A stretch of 64,000 nucleotides of DNA from Polymyxa betae A26-41 (Eukaryota > Protista > Endomyxa: Phytomyxea). The stretch lies in the NCBI GenBank assembly GCA_003693705.1, contig RBZT01000656.1:62001-126000 (forward strand), given 5' to 3'. The translations under genes were made by a program, and so were the position numbers. Below, piece by piece: positions 26,371-37,847 of the stretch (its first letter is position 1; the number at the start of each line of letters is the position of its first letter). A model generated the notes under the pieces. That model worked only from the letters and a program-made list of their open reading frames with translations, ran no database searches and was not told the DNA's origin.

Positions 26371-27478
26371 TTCGCTTTCAACGTTTGTTCGAAAGCCGAC
26401 GCTGCCGCCCGGGCTTCGTCGTGATCAACTGACGTAAAGCAGAGTTGCGTTCGGTGAAGAAACGGCTCTGTTGATGAAGTCTTCGGGTACGACCCGATTT
26501 CGACCTATGCAGGTTAGGAGAATTTCTTCAGAACAAAAGCAGTATTACATTTGGAAACCGTCTCTGAACATCAGCAAGTTTATCGGCGATTTCCGATTCA
26601 CCGATATCGACTGTAACCGAGATCCTGATTTGTCGATCACTATGGTTGATGACAGCTAACACCGAATGCAGCATCTGCTCGAATAGCGCCGGGATTCCCG
26701 GCAGAATGAACACATTTCGGCATTGTACAGCCGGAACCCAGAGACCCGCCGTCGTAATGATCCGATCTGCTGGAGATGGGAGAGTCGCCATTCTCAACCG
26801 AGCTGTAATCAACATTAAGTCGCCGAAGCATTCACAAGCGCGATCTATTGCTGACCTCCATTCAACGGTTTCCCTTGTTTGTCGTAATATCTGGCCATGG
26901 CGTCGACAGTGCCCTGATGTGGCTCCAATTTCAACCCGAATGCATCGCTTATTGCTCGATACTGGAAAAGCCCATATTAAGCAACATCAGAGACAATAGC
27001 TGCCAGACGAACCGTAATATCATCGTGAGTGCAACCGATGCCTCCGCTCGTAAACACCTAGTTAGATCTTGAACAAAACCAGTGCCGATTTGCGCGATGG
27101 GCCTGTACGTAGTCGAATCGCAACGACAGCGCCAAAACCGTGTCGGTTATATCGTGGGCGATATCGGGTATGGTCTCAACACGACATAATCGGATTCCAT
27201 GGCTGAACAGCTCACGAGCTAGCACATGTGAGTTCTTATCATGCGTCTTGCCAGATAGAACCTCATTGCCTATCCAAAAAGTCGGCATTTTACAAAACAG
27301 ATTCTTCTCAGCTGCAAAAATCCCGCTCGTGAGAGAAAAACAATTGAATGTGAGAATCAATGTCGTAAGAAGAGATACCGATAATGATTGCAGCAGCCGT
27401 ATATTGTTTATTCCTAACCGCATGCAGATAGCGAGTAGACAGATGAATACGAGGTAGGATTCGGGCCAAAGTCACCAT
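26367..27478 (-). CDS. MoCF/CinA-like molybdopterin-binding domain protein (FAD-hydrolase-type), probably mitochondrial
   Basis: AAIIIGNEVLSGKTHDKNSH, FTSGGIGCTHDDIT, NVFILPGIPALF, ESEIADKL...IGSYP; presequence-like MVTLARILPRIHLSTRYL. Confidence 0.85.
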
Positions 27479-27891
27479 CGTCTGGAGAGAGGTGATACCC
27501 AAAGCGATGACGACGCTGCAATTATCGCAATGCCTGGTTGGTATAATGGTTTTTGAATACCAGTACTTACTCTTATGATTCTTATGATACTCCCAACCAT
27601 GTTCGAACAAAGTTTGCTGTCAAAGAGCGGCAACTGCGCAAATTAAAGCCACTCAGACTCGTCATCGCTGTCACTTAATTTGCCGAAAACGATAATTGCG
27701 CGGTGCGCCCCGGTAAACTTTGCGGATAAGTACATTTTTATACTGAGGTTTTCAAATGAATCCATTTATGGCATCATTCATTTTCTTCTGAACGAACTCG
27801 CTTTTGTTTTCGCTCTAAAACCCCATGGAGCGAGTCAATGTTAGTATCGACTCAACAACAAACTGATGAATGACATCATTAGCAGGTCGTC

Positions 27892-28520
27892 TTAGAGCCC
27901 GTACTGAATCAATACGCTGCCTTTTGAATTTCGGAATAGATCATTTGGGACAAAAATAAAAATCACAGGTCGTCCAGAATTGTGCGCCAGATAGGCTTGA
28001 AAAGGGATAAAAGGGATGATGGAAAGGACGAATTTGGGAACAAGGAAGAGAGACAAAAAAGGTCTCTCTTTTATTAAGTCAGCGCGGAAATAAAAGCCGA
28101 AAAATGAGTCAGGTTCCGCCGCGGCCCTTCTACCGGAGAGATCACAGCTCTGGCCCGGCGACAAGAATACAACCGAAAGCGAGCACTTCACCATCGATCG
28201 GATGGTGATTGTTGATAGTGAACTGTAGAATTCCATCAGTAACCAATGCATCTAACGTTGGAAAGTTGGAAATCACTGGCTGGTAGTATACTGCTTTCTC
28301 CAATTCAGGTGGAAGTTCACGGAAAAAAACTGTGTTGTTTCCAGCTTGTTGAAAGATATATCTCTGTCAGATGCATCTTCTGAAAGCAGAATAAGTGAGC
28401 GCAATCGGAATTCATGCAAATCGTCAGAATATTTGAATGCAGGTAGAATTGAAATAAATGCCCCCCGAGTGCCCTGTCATGATTGTGTGCAGGCGCAACC
28501 GCTTCCATCAGGAACTGCAT
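27892..28520 (-). pseudogene. Crinkler/RHS-type restriction-endonuclease-fold gene remnant
   Basis: Across frameshifts: LGGHLFQFYLH ... VYYQPVISNFPTLDALVTDGILQFTINNHHPI ... IFIFVPNDLF...QYGL*, the motif order of CR-REase C-terminal domains. Confidence 0.6.
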
Positions 28521-28523
28521 TCT

Positions 28524-28740
28524 TGTGACTACATGATAATACAGAGCCTGCGCAACACGACCGAACTGGGCAGTTCGGTCAACGCCGTTCTTGAATCAAC
28601 TTTCTCGTCTCGTTTCGTCTTAGTCTCGCCTCTCACCGCCACTCATCCTATTTCTTCTTTCCCTCTTATCTTATTATTCTTACACCTTAGTATTTTATTA
28701 TATTCGTCGTTACGACAATTCGGTTTATTCGTCATGACGT
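28524..28740 (-). mobile_element. LTR-like repeat, copy 1
   Basis: Its reverse complement aligns by eye with 29941-30186 (AAACGAGACG..AAGTTGATTCAA.AACGGCGTTGA..GAACTG). It starts TGTGA on the + strand and lies next to a gag fragment. Confidence 0.55.
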
Positions 28741-28757
28741 CGGGGCGCTTCTCCGGG

Positions 28758-29100
28758 TCATTTGGTCCAACAATTGTCCGATGCGTGGAATCTGAATCCG
28801 CGACCTTCCTTCCGGCAGTGCTCGCATCCCTTCGACCTCGTGAAATTTGCTTGCAGCTGCTGTAAATGGTAATTTCTGCCCGATAATTCCATTTCAAGGT
28901 TTAAAATCATCTGTGAGATGCGTTCTGTAGAGAGAGAGTCTGCGTGGCTGTCGGCCGCCGCTATGACCGATCCAAACTGGCTTGGTAACCCCGCCAAGAT
29001 CACTGCCGCAGTCACGGAATCTGTAAGGACAGCTTTAGAAACCTCCTGAAACTCCCGTGTTGCGTCCTTGGCTCGACTAATATATGCCTGTGTATCGGTT
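28758..29100 (-). pseudogene. Ty1/copia-type gag fragment with zinc knuckle
   Basis: AAVILAGLPSQFGSVI (copia gag/UBN2-like) followed by CEHCRKEG...HASDNCW. The 5' part is truncated at a palindrome. Confidence 0.7.
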
Positions 29101-29103
29101 TGG

Positions 29104-29147
29104 GAACCAACTAAGCAATCTAAGTGCTTAGATTGCTTAGTTGGTTC
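29104..29147. repeat. Perfect 21-bp inverted repeat with 2-nt spacer
   Basis: GAACCAACTAAGCAATCTAAG-TG-CTTAGATTGCTTAGTTGGTTC. Confidence 0.95.
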
Positions 29148-29369
29148 TGACACAATTCATCTGGTTGTTTACGCATATTTACGATGCCGCCGATCTTGAA
29201 GTTTTGAGCATTGGCAGATCTAAAGAAGCTTGGAGTTAGGCTCGAGGAAAACGTCCCCTATTATTGGTTAGAGAAGCGGTGCGCGATGACTCGGGAGCGG
29301 AAGGTAGGACGCAGGGGACCGGTGTCCTGCAACGGAGCGACGTCAGGGAGTCCTCGGAGGCGGAGCGAC

Positions 29370-29560
29370 GGGGCACGGAATGGAGCGGAGATATGCGATC
29401 CAAGTTTAGTATTGAAGCGAATGTTCTTCAGATTAAAAACAAGTATCAGGCGCTTCAAAATAATTTTCGCAAGGTTCAACAAGATGATCAAAAGACAGGT
29501 AACGTTGCGGCCCCACCGATCGAAACCGCATAGCTGGGACGCTTTATTATTAACCACAGC
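29370..29560 (+). pseudogene. Myb/SANT-like DNA-binding fragment, probably PIF/Harbinger-derived
   Basis: RSKFSIEANVLQIKNKYQALQNNFRKVQQDDQKTGN resembles transposon Myb/SANT helices (QIKNK...L...F...TG). Frameshifted and truncated. Confidence 0.45.
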
Positions 29561-29940
29561 AATGACAGCGCCCAGAGCGACCGAAACACTGCCCCAGATA
29601 AGGCTGCAATGGTCGAATGAGCGTTGGCATCGATCATTGAATGGGAGAGGTAACGTTAAAGAAAAAGAGATAACGTACGGAAAAAGAGGTCCGTGACCTC
29701 TTTCGAAACGAAAGAGATGGGCAAAGTAGGTCCTACCAATTAATCAGATTTCTCAGTTTTTCCGAACCTCCTATTTTAGTACAGTACCTCTTTCTACCTT
29801 ACCGGTAGTACCCTCAACCCTGAAATAGAAACTCATTACTCACTCAAAAAGGAGATACGCAAAAAGTAGATCGCCCAGGCAGAGTAAGGGGTCGGAAAGA
29901 CGGAAACCTGCGTGCGTTGGTCTCTTACATTTCGAAAGAG

Positions 29941-30186
29941 TGTCAAGAACCAGCTATATAGTGAATAAACTATAACAGATATAATGAAGTATGTAGAAGC
30001 CTTAGAAGACAGAAGAATAATAAGAGAAGAGTTGCAGAACGAAGAACAGGAAGACGATGACGAGGGACTAAAGCTACGACCAAACGAGACGAAGAAGTTG
30101 ATTCAAAACGGCGTTGAACGAACTGAAGGCCAGTTCGTTCCTGTTGCTGGTTTTATTGAATAAGCTAACAGTTACACAGTGTAACA
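29941..30186 (+). mobile_element. LTR-like repeat, copy 2 (solo)
   Basis: Begins TGTCA and ends TAACA; homologous to 28524-28740 in opposite orientation. No target-site duplication found. Confidence 0.55.
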
Positions 30187-30349
30187 CCTGATAAATATCT
30201 AAGGCAGGCTGTTGGTTATGACAAAGAGGTAACGCCATCACGGACCTCATTTTCCGTGGGCTACCTCTAGCTTGATCACCCAGTCAACGACTGCAGTTCC
30301 ACGGGCGCCGATGGTGACATTCTTATCATGACTTCTGCCTCTCGACTTA

Positions 30350-31118
30350 CATGATCATAGTGCTATGTCCACGCGCGAAACCGTGGGAGTCGCTTCAGGA
30401 CCAGGCGTTGTTGCGCCCGACACGACCCGGGTTCTGGGAATGCCCAAAGCCAGATCCTCGACGCCATGTCTCAATGGCGTCACAAGGCCGGTTGGAACCT
30501 GCGCTAGGACACATTGGAAAGTGTCGAGGTGATATCGGTTATGATGGACGTGCGAGGACTGATTTTGTGTCCAACAGGACAATGACAAAGTAGTCAGCAG
30601 TCCCATGACATCCCGGATCGCTTCCCAGTCTGCTGCTGTTGTCGCGCAATTTCTCGATCTGCTCTCCAGCCAGTTCGACATTTCGGCTGAATACATGAAG
30701 AGTTGGGGCATGTGCGGAGAAAAGTGGGACGGGGATACACCCGACCCGCGTCATATCGACAGGCAACCTCACCTCTGTGGCGATATCGCAACGGCATTGA
30801 ATTGGTACAGGCTTGAAAGCCATCGGGAACCAGGAGTGCATCTTCACGGTCAATGTGCAGGTGTCACAGTGGAATCCAGCGGCATGTAACCTTCTAACCA
30901 CTATGCTGGCCTTTGCTGACACCAGTACAAGACGGCCGCTTCGTATTGTGAACAAACGACTTGATGCTCACTTTCCAAGCCCCCTACCGGATCCAGGTGC
31001 TGATGCCGAATCTGTTCTGCATTTCGCTATGGAATGGGTGACAGAAAGATTGCCAATCTGTGTCCACGATCCTGATAGGCTTCGTACATTACAAAGTAAC
31101 ATAAACAGAGATCATTAA
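30350..31118 (+). pseudogene. Possible degenerate coding sequence of unknown family
   Basis: Consecutive GC-rich, protein-like ORF pieces in shifting frames without clear splice sites. Confidence 0.25.
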
Positions 31119-31766
31119 TAGCGAGCGAGGCATACAATGCTCAAGTCTAAACATAGCCTTAGCGAATGACGCTGTAGCTTACAACTCAGACTTTAGCATT
31201 TTGGTTAATCACGCAGTTGGTATTTTATTGCATACACTAGCGTTAGAAAATCAGAAGTCATATATCAAGGGCTAACAAGGGATCCTGAAATCCGGAAGAA
31301 TTCGAGACAACTATGAGAAACTTCGTTTTTGGAGAGCCACAACAGCTTTTAGAGTATACATTGCTGTAGAGTTATGAAAGTTCGGAACCGACTGAGAAAA
31401 CACCAGAACTCGGCTCACTTCGGGCCAGATACACAATGAGTATATATCACCGAGCATTATGCCATCTCTCCGCCTTTCCGCTTTCCTTTAAGCAAGATAA
31501 TCAGAAATAGATTGGTGACGTCGTAATGAGTGGACGCTTGATACGCCTTATCCCATCCTGGATGCAATCCCAGGCTGAAGCAACCCATTTGGTCTGAGAA
31601 CGCTTCCGTCCATCCGCCGAGGTCTGAATGGCAATTCCCAATTCTAGTATCAAGCAATAGCAGAGCAGGACAGTAAATGGATCAAGACAGAATGGGCGTG
31701 GCCTTCTTCCCTGTTCTGTCAGTGATCTCGAGATCTTCATCTTCTGTTTTCGCAATTCATATCTAA

Positions 31767-32960
31767 ATGGGCAGGCATCTGGCCAATTCGGTTCGGGCCT
31801 TGTGGATCGTTGCATCGCAGCCGGAGGGCACCCGATACCGACTAATCACATCGAGGCGATTCCCAACGGTCGTCTGCCCCTGGACAATCATGCCGAGCCA
31901 TCCTGATCCTGGGTCGTAGGTGGAGGCAGCGGCCAGCGATCAGGCGCCCGATGATCAGACCGTCATGGCCAAGCTGTCGACAGTGGACGATCTGCGGCAA
32001 CGGTGCTATCTGACTCTCGAGGATTCGATGCAGCTCATTATTTCGTCATCTGATCGTGTCTCGGTGCTGATTTTACCCGCCATCAGCAATGATCAGATTG
32101 CCATCGGAACCGCCGCTTTGCTATCGGAGACGTTTTGCAGCTGGATCTCGCCTTACGTCGCCGATTTTGACGTAAACCTGCTCTGGTCGATCTCGACGCC
32201 TTTGTCGTTGGTGTTTTTTCATACGATGCCCTTCGGCGAATATCTTGACGACCGACCGCTCAGCGACGTTTACAATGGGCTTATACACGGAACGTCGCTG
32301 CCGCCAATGCTGACACCGACCAGCGCAGCCCTCGCATCCGTCACCGTCCTAGAGCAGACCAGCTGCTGCTTCGAAGGCGATTTAACGCCTGTAGGTTTTC
32401 GGCAAGTTGGCGCCATTCAATATGAAGGTTCTGTTTGTAATCGTGTGTTTCAACAAGGAAATTTAAAACTGTTTCAGGTTCTGCACCTGCAGATACAAAG
32501 CTACAAATATCGTTTTTGCAGAACCCGGATTTAAGGCAGTTAAAAGTGCACGAGAAAGCGTCCTTAGAAAACACTCTTGACAAGCACGTGATCACTTTCC
32601 CGCCTTCTAAACAGGTACACTAGATACAGCAGGATTTGTCCAGTTTGTTAGTCTCGATATCAGATGATAATTGCAAAATATGACTGGATGAAACCAGAAG
32701 TTCCAATTAGCAAATATCGATTCTCCATTGATGCGGTTAAGAACGACGACACATCGCTTCAAGCCCTATTAGAGGTGACATTCTCAAAATTCGTCCAGCA
32801 TGTCGAAATCCTGTTCGAACTTGAACAAGATACAGTCGTCGAGCGCTCTGACTCCGAAGTTCAAATTAGTCGAGTTAATGAAAAGACAAATGAGTTTCGA
32901 TGGCCAGTTGGTAAGACAGGTTCGCTGAGCGTGACATTTTTGGTAACAATGCGAACTTAG
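31767..32960 (+). CDS. AP5M1: AP-5 complex subunit mu
   Basis: Exon 1 (absent from the ORF track) reads MGRHLANSVRALWIV...SRRFPT, joined by intron 31869-31919 to VE. This matches the AP-5 mu N-terminus (RAVWLI...SRRYPTVE). A beta-rich mu-homology-like C-terminal region follows. Confidence 0.8.
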
Positions 32961-33195
32961 GCAATGTGTTGACAAACGGAACGATACGGAAAAGAATCCA
33001 ATGGAGCTCGAAACACGGAAGGCCTCTGCATAAACAACGGTTCATTGAAATTCGCTGCATTTCGAGCCCAAATCTTGAGCTGGTAGATTCAGCAGATCAA
33101 GTTAAATATTTTAATTCAAACTTAAACCGAAACCTGTACCGTTTGAAATTTAAAAGTAGCAATAATAATATCAGTAAAGAGGACAGACAATGACA

Positions 33196-34284
33196 CTACA
33201 ATTTATCAGTTTTCTGAGGGGCATCTTTTTTTAAGAATAAATCACCAACATGAACACAATCGTATTGTTGTCGTGCATAAGCATCCGCATCAATTTCATA
33301 CCCCTCAGAAAACAGTTCATTCAATCTTTCAGTTGTCCCATTAGATTTATCATAAACTGCATTCTGAGCGAAAGTAAACTTCATTATTGGCAATAAAGAA
33401 TCAGTTGTCAATACCTGATAAACGTCTTGAACGCGATTCACAGTTACGATCGATAAAGTGGGCTGACGAGGACAAGCGCTAAACAGATATTGATCGGACG
33501 GGAACAAGCCAATGTCTCTAAGAGCCCGGTTTCCAGCCACTTCAAACGTATTTGGATGCGATAGCTCAGATGGTGAAATTGCGGCAATTATCTCGAGCAA
33601 TTCAGGGAGCCATCCAGTATCAATATATGAAAACCAACCTGATCGACAGCCTGCCTTCTGTATACAGACCCGCTTAAATCCCAGCAATAGGACCAATCAT
33701 GTGAGCCTGGACGAATAATTCAATACTATGCGGCATTGTCGTAGCAGTTCAAGGGACCTAATATGGGTAGGTATTCGAAATGAGTGCCATGCTCGAACAA
33801 TGGCGGTATTTGACAGGAAGCCGATCGGGTATAACAATATGTGATTCCTGGGTGTAGCCGAATATGGTAGGCGAAGCAATTGGAACCCGGTCGTAAGACA
33901 CTAGCGATCAGATCCAGATCTAGCGGCCGATAGATAATGGCATCGTCAACCAAGAAGAATACAAAGTCGGAGGGTGTGGAGGCAAATACGTCGTCAAGAA
34001 TGGCCTGGAAGCACTTCAGCACAGAAAATTGTTAGGCGTGCGATTTTAACATGGAATTGAGCATCCGGGTTGTCGGATTCATAGCGGAAATGAACTTGGG
34101 GAAATCGCTGCTGAACACATTTATATGCATGCATGAAATGAGCATTGGAGGCAGCAACTATGACATTGACTTGTATAATATGATTATCATGAGATGGTTG
34201 GACATAATCAAACAAAGATTGAAGGCAGCTCTGCAATTGCAGAGGTCTATCTTTAGAGAGCACAACACACAAGAATTGCGCCAT
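33196..34284 (-). CDS. GT-A-fold glycosyltransferase-like protein
   Basis: VVLSKDRPLQLQSCLQSL start, FFLVDD (DxD-like), WSYCWDLSG, HPNTFE, VNRVQ; 3-4 short introns. Confidence 0.65.
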
Positions 34285-34387
34285 CAATATCGCTCTGCCT
34301 TCATCAGATCACCGATACTGGCGATACTGTACAACAAAAATTATTCTACAGTTTATCTGCATTTTTACAGATTAAAAAAAAATATTT

Positions 34388-37251
34388 TTACAGAGGTATT
34401 AGGAAGTCCCGAATTCCTCCGACGCCAATGGCTTCAGTCGTTTTTAGTGAAACTGGAACAATTTCTAAACCAGTCGACTTGAGCAATTCTTTTTGCTCCA
34501 AAGTCAATTGGTCCAGGGTTGTCCTCGACGAAAATAACATATTCGGGCCGGTTTTCGAGGAAATTTCAGCGAAGCTGAAGGAGACCCTATGTACAGCTTG
34601 TTCTATACTGATTTCGATTCTTCTAGCTGGTAAATGCTGTATGATCTGATTCAACGAACTCGAGCAGAGCAATTCAGGGCATAACATCGTGAACGCAGAG
34701 CAGACATAGAGAACTTGTGATAAATGGTAAGGCTCCTTTACATTTACATAGACAGGTTCCAATCCCAACTTTGCAAGCCATGAATATAATGTGCTGCCAC
34801 TAAATTTGGAATCAATGACGGCATAGGTATGATACAAAACCATATCAGTGGCCCCATCCAGATTCTGAATCGGACAGTTGATAATGCCCATTGAAAAGGC
34901 ATAAGACATTGTGAATTTGATTGAATCCAGCTGTAATTGCGACGCTGATTGGAACGTAGTTAGAGCAGAGTTGACGGGCATAACGAAGGAAGCAGGGCTT
35001 GTTGACTGAGCTGCAGCTCGCGACTTCAGAAAATTCTCTTCACAAGTAAGGATATGGACATGGGCAAGGTCGAAACATTGTAGCTGTAAATGCAACGTAG
35101 AGAACTCTTTTAGCACCAAGTTAACCAGACTCCGTCCTTTCATGGAAAGCAGACGGATTTCACAGCCACTTTGACGTTCAACTGGGATTCCATTACGGAG
35201 GATAAAAGCCACATCTTCCGGAATGAACAGCATTGCAGAAGGACGCTCTCCAAGTTCTGAAACATATCTAAGGCTATGAGAGAGCAAAGAGAGCAGAATT
35301 TACGAGGAAACGCGATAGGATCCTTGATTGAATAGGGAAGGCGGGAGGAGGAATCTTCCGGTTGGTTTTTCCGGCGTACAACCTAATTCGTTGTTGTTTT
35401 GAATAAAAAAAACAGTAATTTCATTATGCTCTACCTGGGAAGTGCAGTGCAGCGACCCTAAGGCTGATTTAGTCTAAAGTTAGAAGAAGAATGACATTCA
35501 TACCATACATACTAGAAACGCTGCCGTACTCAATAACATTGATACGTCCCTAGAAATACATTTCAGACACAAGAAGAATTTGCTGAAGAAAATCCAACTT
35601 TAAAATGTGAATTTCTGGCAACAAGGCGAGCAGATTCTTCATGCATCATGATCAGGTTCGAGTTGCCCAGATTCAAGCAGCTGTTTGTACAGAATTAGTT
35701 TGGTGCATGTGATAGTAACAAGCTTTTGGAATACTTTACTCCATATAACAGCTGGTACTGATCAGGAATACTAAGTTTACAATAAGCGATGCATAACCTA
35801 ACGCTATTTGTGACAAACCCTTGAATGTGGAATGATCTCATCCTGAGATATGTGGAAAATTCGACATCACTTCGAGTCATGACATATTGTTTGGTGATTG
35901 GGTTGCGAGTATATTCCGATACAAGGCGTCTCGTCAAAGATTTTGGGTTCTGAAAAATTCATGAGTACAACTTAAAACAATTGCAGAATTGACAGCAATT
36001 GCCCACCTCCAAAGATCCCATCAGAAGAACCAGATCATGCGAGATAATGTTAAACACGCAATCAAGATGCATCCTATCTTGACTTCGCTCGAAGAGATCT
36101 CGAACCTCAACAACGTAATCACAACCAATTAGATCAGCATCCATTAAGTGTTTGACAGCCAACGTGTTTGTTCTCAATCCGGTTCCAACGAAACATGTGT
36201 CACCAGCCATGAAGAAGTCGCCTCCTACATTGCTATTGGTAAGACGAAAAAATATCGGTTTTAAACAAACCTTCCAGTAATGCAGGAGATGCTATCCGAC
36301 CAATCAAAGGTGCCCCAAGATTTGTCATAACCTCTTCCATCAAATCAACCTCACCTAGGAGAATTTCATCTTGCGAGCCACATCAAATGAATCAGTAGTA
36401 CCATCGCGTGCTTTTGATGCCATGTTAGCCATTACGATACCTTTCTTTGTAGTAATCTGCTGATCTCTGGTGAAAATAAGATTTCCTAAAGGGCTCATTG
36501 AATGCTCGACAGCAATCTGAACCCAGCTAAGTTATTGACGATAACCGATTGAGAAGCTTTCATTACATACCATGGAGGTGTCGCGATGAGATCGATCCAG
36601 AGTAACACAAGGGCATGTCATAACAACTTGAACCAGTTGACTTGAATTCATCTGTTCTATGCATTGGCGTTTATATTCGTTGGAGAGATAGAAAGCCTCT
36701 TCTTGCGTTAACGACGACGCTTCACAGTTCGGTGAGAGCTTGTACTTTAACTGCTTCATAGCCAGATCCTATAACCAACCATTAAAGACCGCTAGGTAAT
36801 CCTAGATTTGTGCTCGCCTCCAGCCTTAGTCTTTTCTTCATATCGAAAGTCTTTCCTTTAGCACAGTCCTCTGACAATATCTTGCAAAATGTTAGCTGTT
36901 AGATACAGTTTGCATCTTGCAACATTACAGATTCCACATGGACGACCTTCACCCCAAAATCCTCCATCGCAGCAACGAAGAGCTAAGGTCAAGTGTCAAT
37001 TTCGCTCTCTGTGTTCCGATATCTACAAACTTGATGCTCGACGCGAGCTCGTTCCAAATCGAAAGGCTGTTCATACAAACGACCACAAGGATGCAGATTT
37101 CCAAAGAAATTCGCAGTCGAGCTGGGTTCTAAATTCAGATCCTGAGCCATCCCCCAGGCAAGGCATGACAAACGATGCGACCTTGAACAACACAGACGAG
37201 AGCCTCATCGTTCTCGTGAGCTTGATAGACATCACAGCCGATCCTCCTCAT
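34388..37251 (-). CDS. Arginine deiminase (eukaryotic type) with a fused C-terminal CtlX-like pentein domain
   Basis: GNLHP...LYE, GNLIFTRDQQITT, LEGGDF, GTGLRT, QDRMHLDCVF, catalytic SLHCTSQV (Cys codon 35444-35446). Introns 35434-35383 and 35303-35257 join it in frame to ORF 34388-35287. Confidence 0.85.
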
Positions 37252-37847
37252 GACGTCTCTTTATAAAGTCTGAACGAGAGGGTCTGGGGTGATGGGTTCT
37301 CTGGTGGGTTCTCTCTGTTCCAGATATCGGACTGCATGTTCATGTTTCACATCACTTTATCACAGCCACCAGGTGTCTTTGTTTTGGCTTACATAGAATC
37401 CGGACCCAATCAGATGCTGTTAATTCGAGTCAGTTGTGAGATGGTGTGCTGGTATCGCCGGCTGTTGTCACACCATAGGCGACGACTAAGGCGAAGAACG
37501 ACGAAATCAGAGAACTTCTGTCAATCATTGCCAGCAAGGTAGTAAGACAGTCGCGACCCGATAGCATGAGCCGATGTTTCAGCTTTGGTATACGACATGG
37601 AACGAATTTAAATCGACTTGCGACTCTGTTTATTCATTGATTCTCGAATGAACAAGCAGCTTAGTTGGGTGAATGGATAGCACTTCAATTCGCCACGACA
37701 AGGAAATACAGGCAAAGACCTTCGATCAGACGAATCGGTCATAATGAGAATGCTGAACTTTATGGCTTTGAGAGCACGATATGTTGACCGACAAAATAGT
37801 TGAATCCTCCGCATAGATTTATTATTTACTAATTGGGGCTAAGCACA

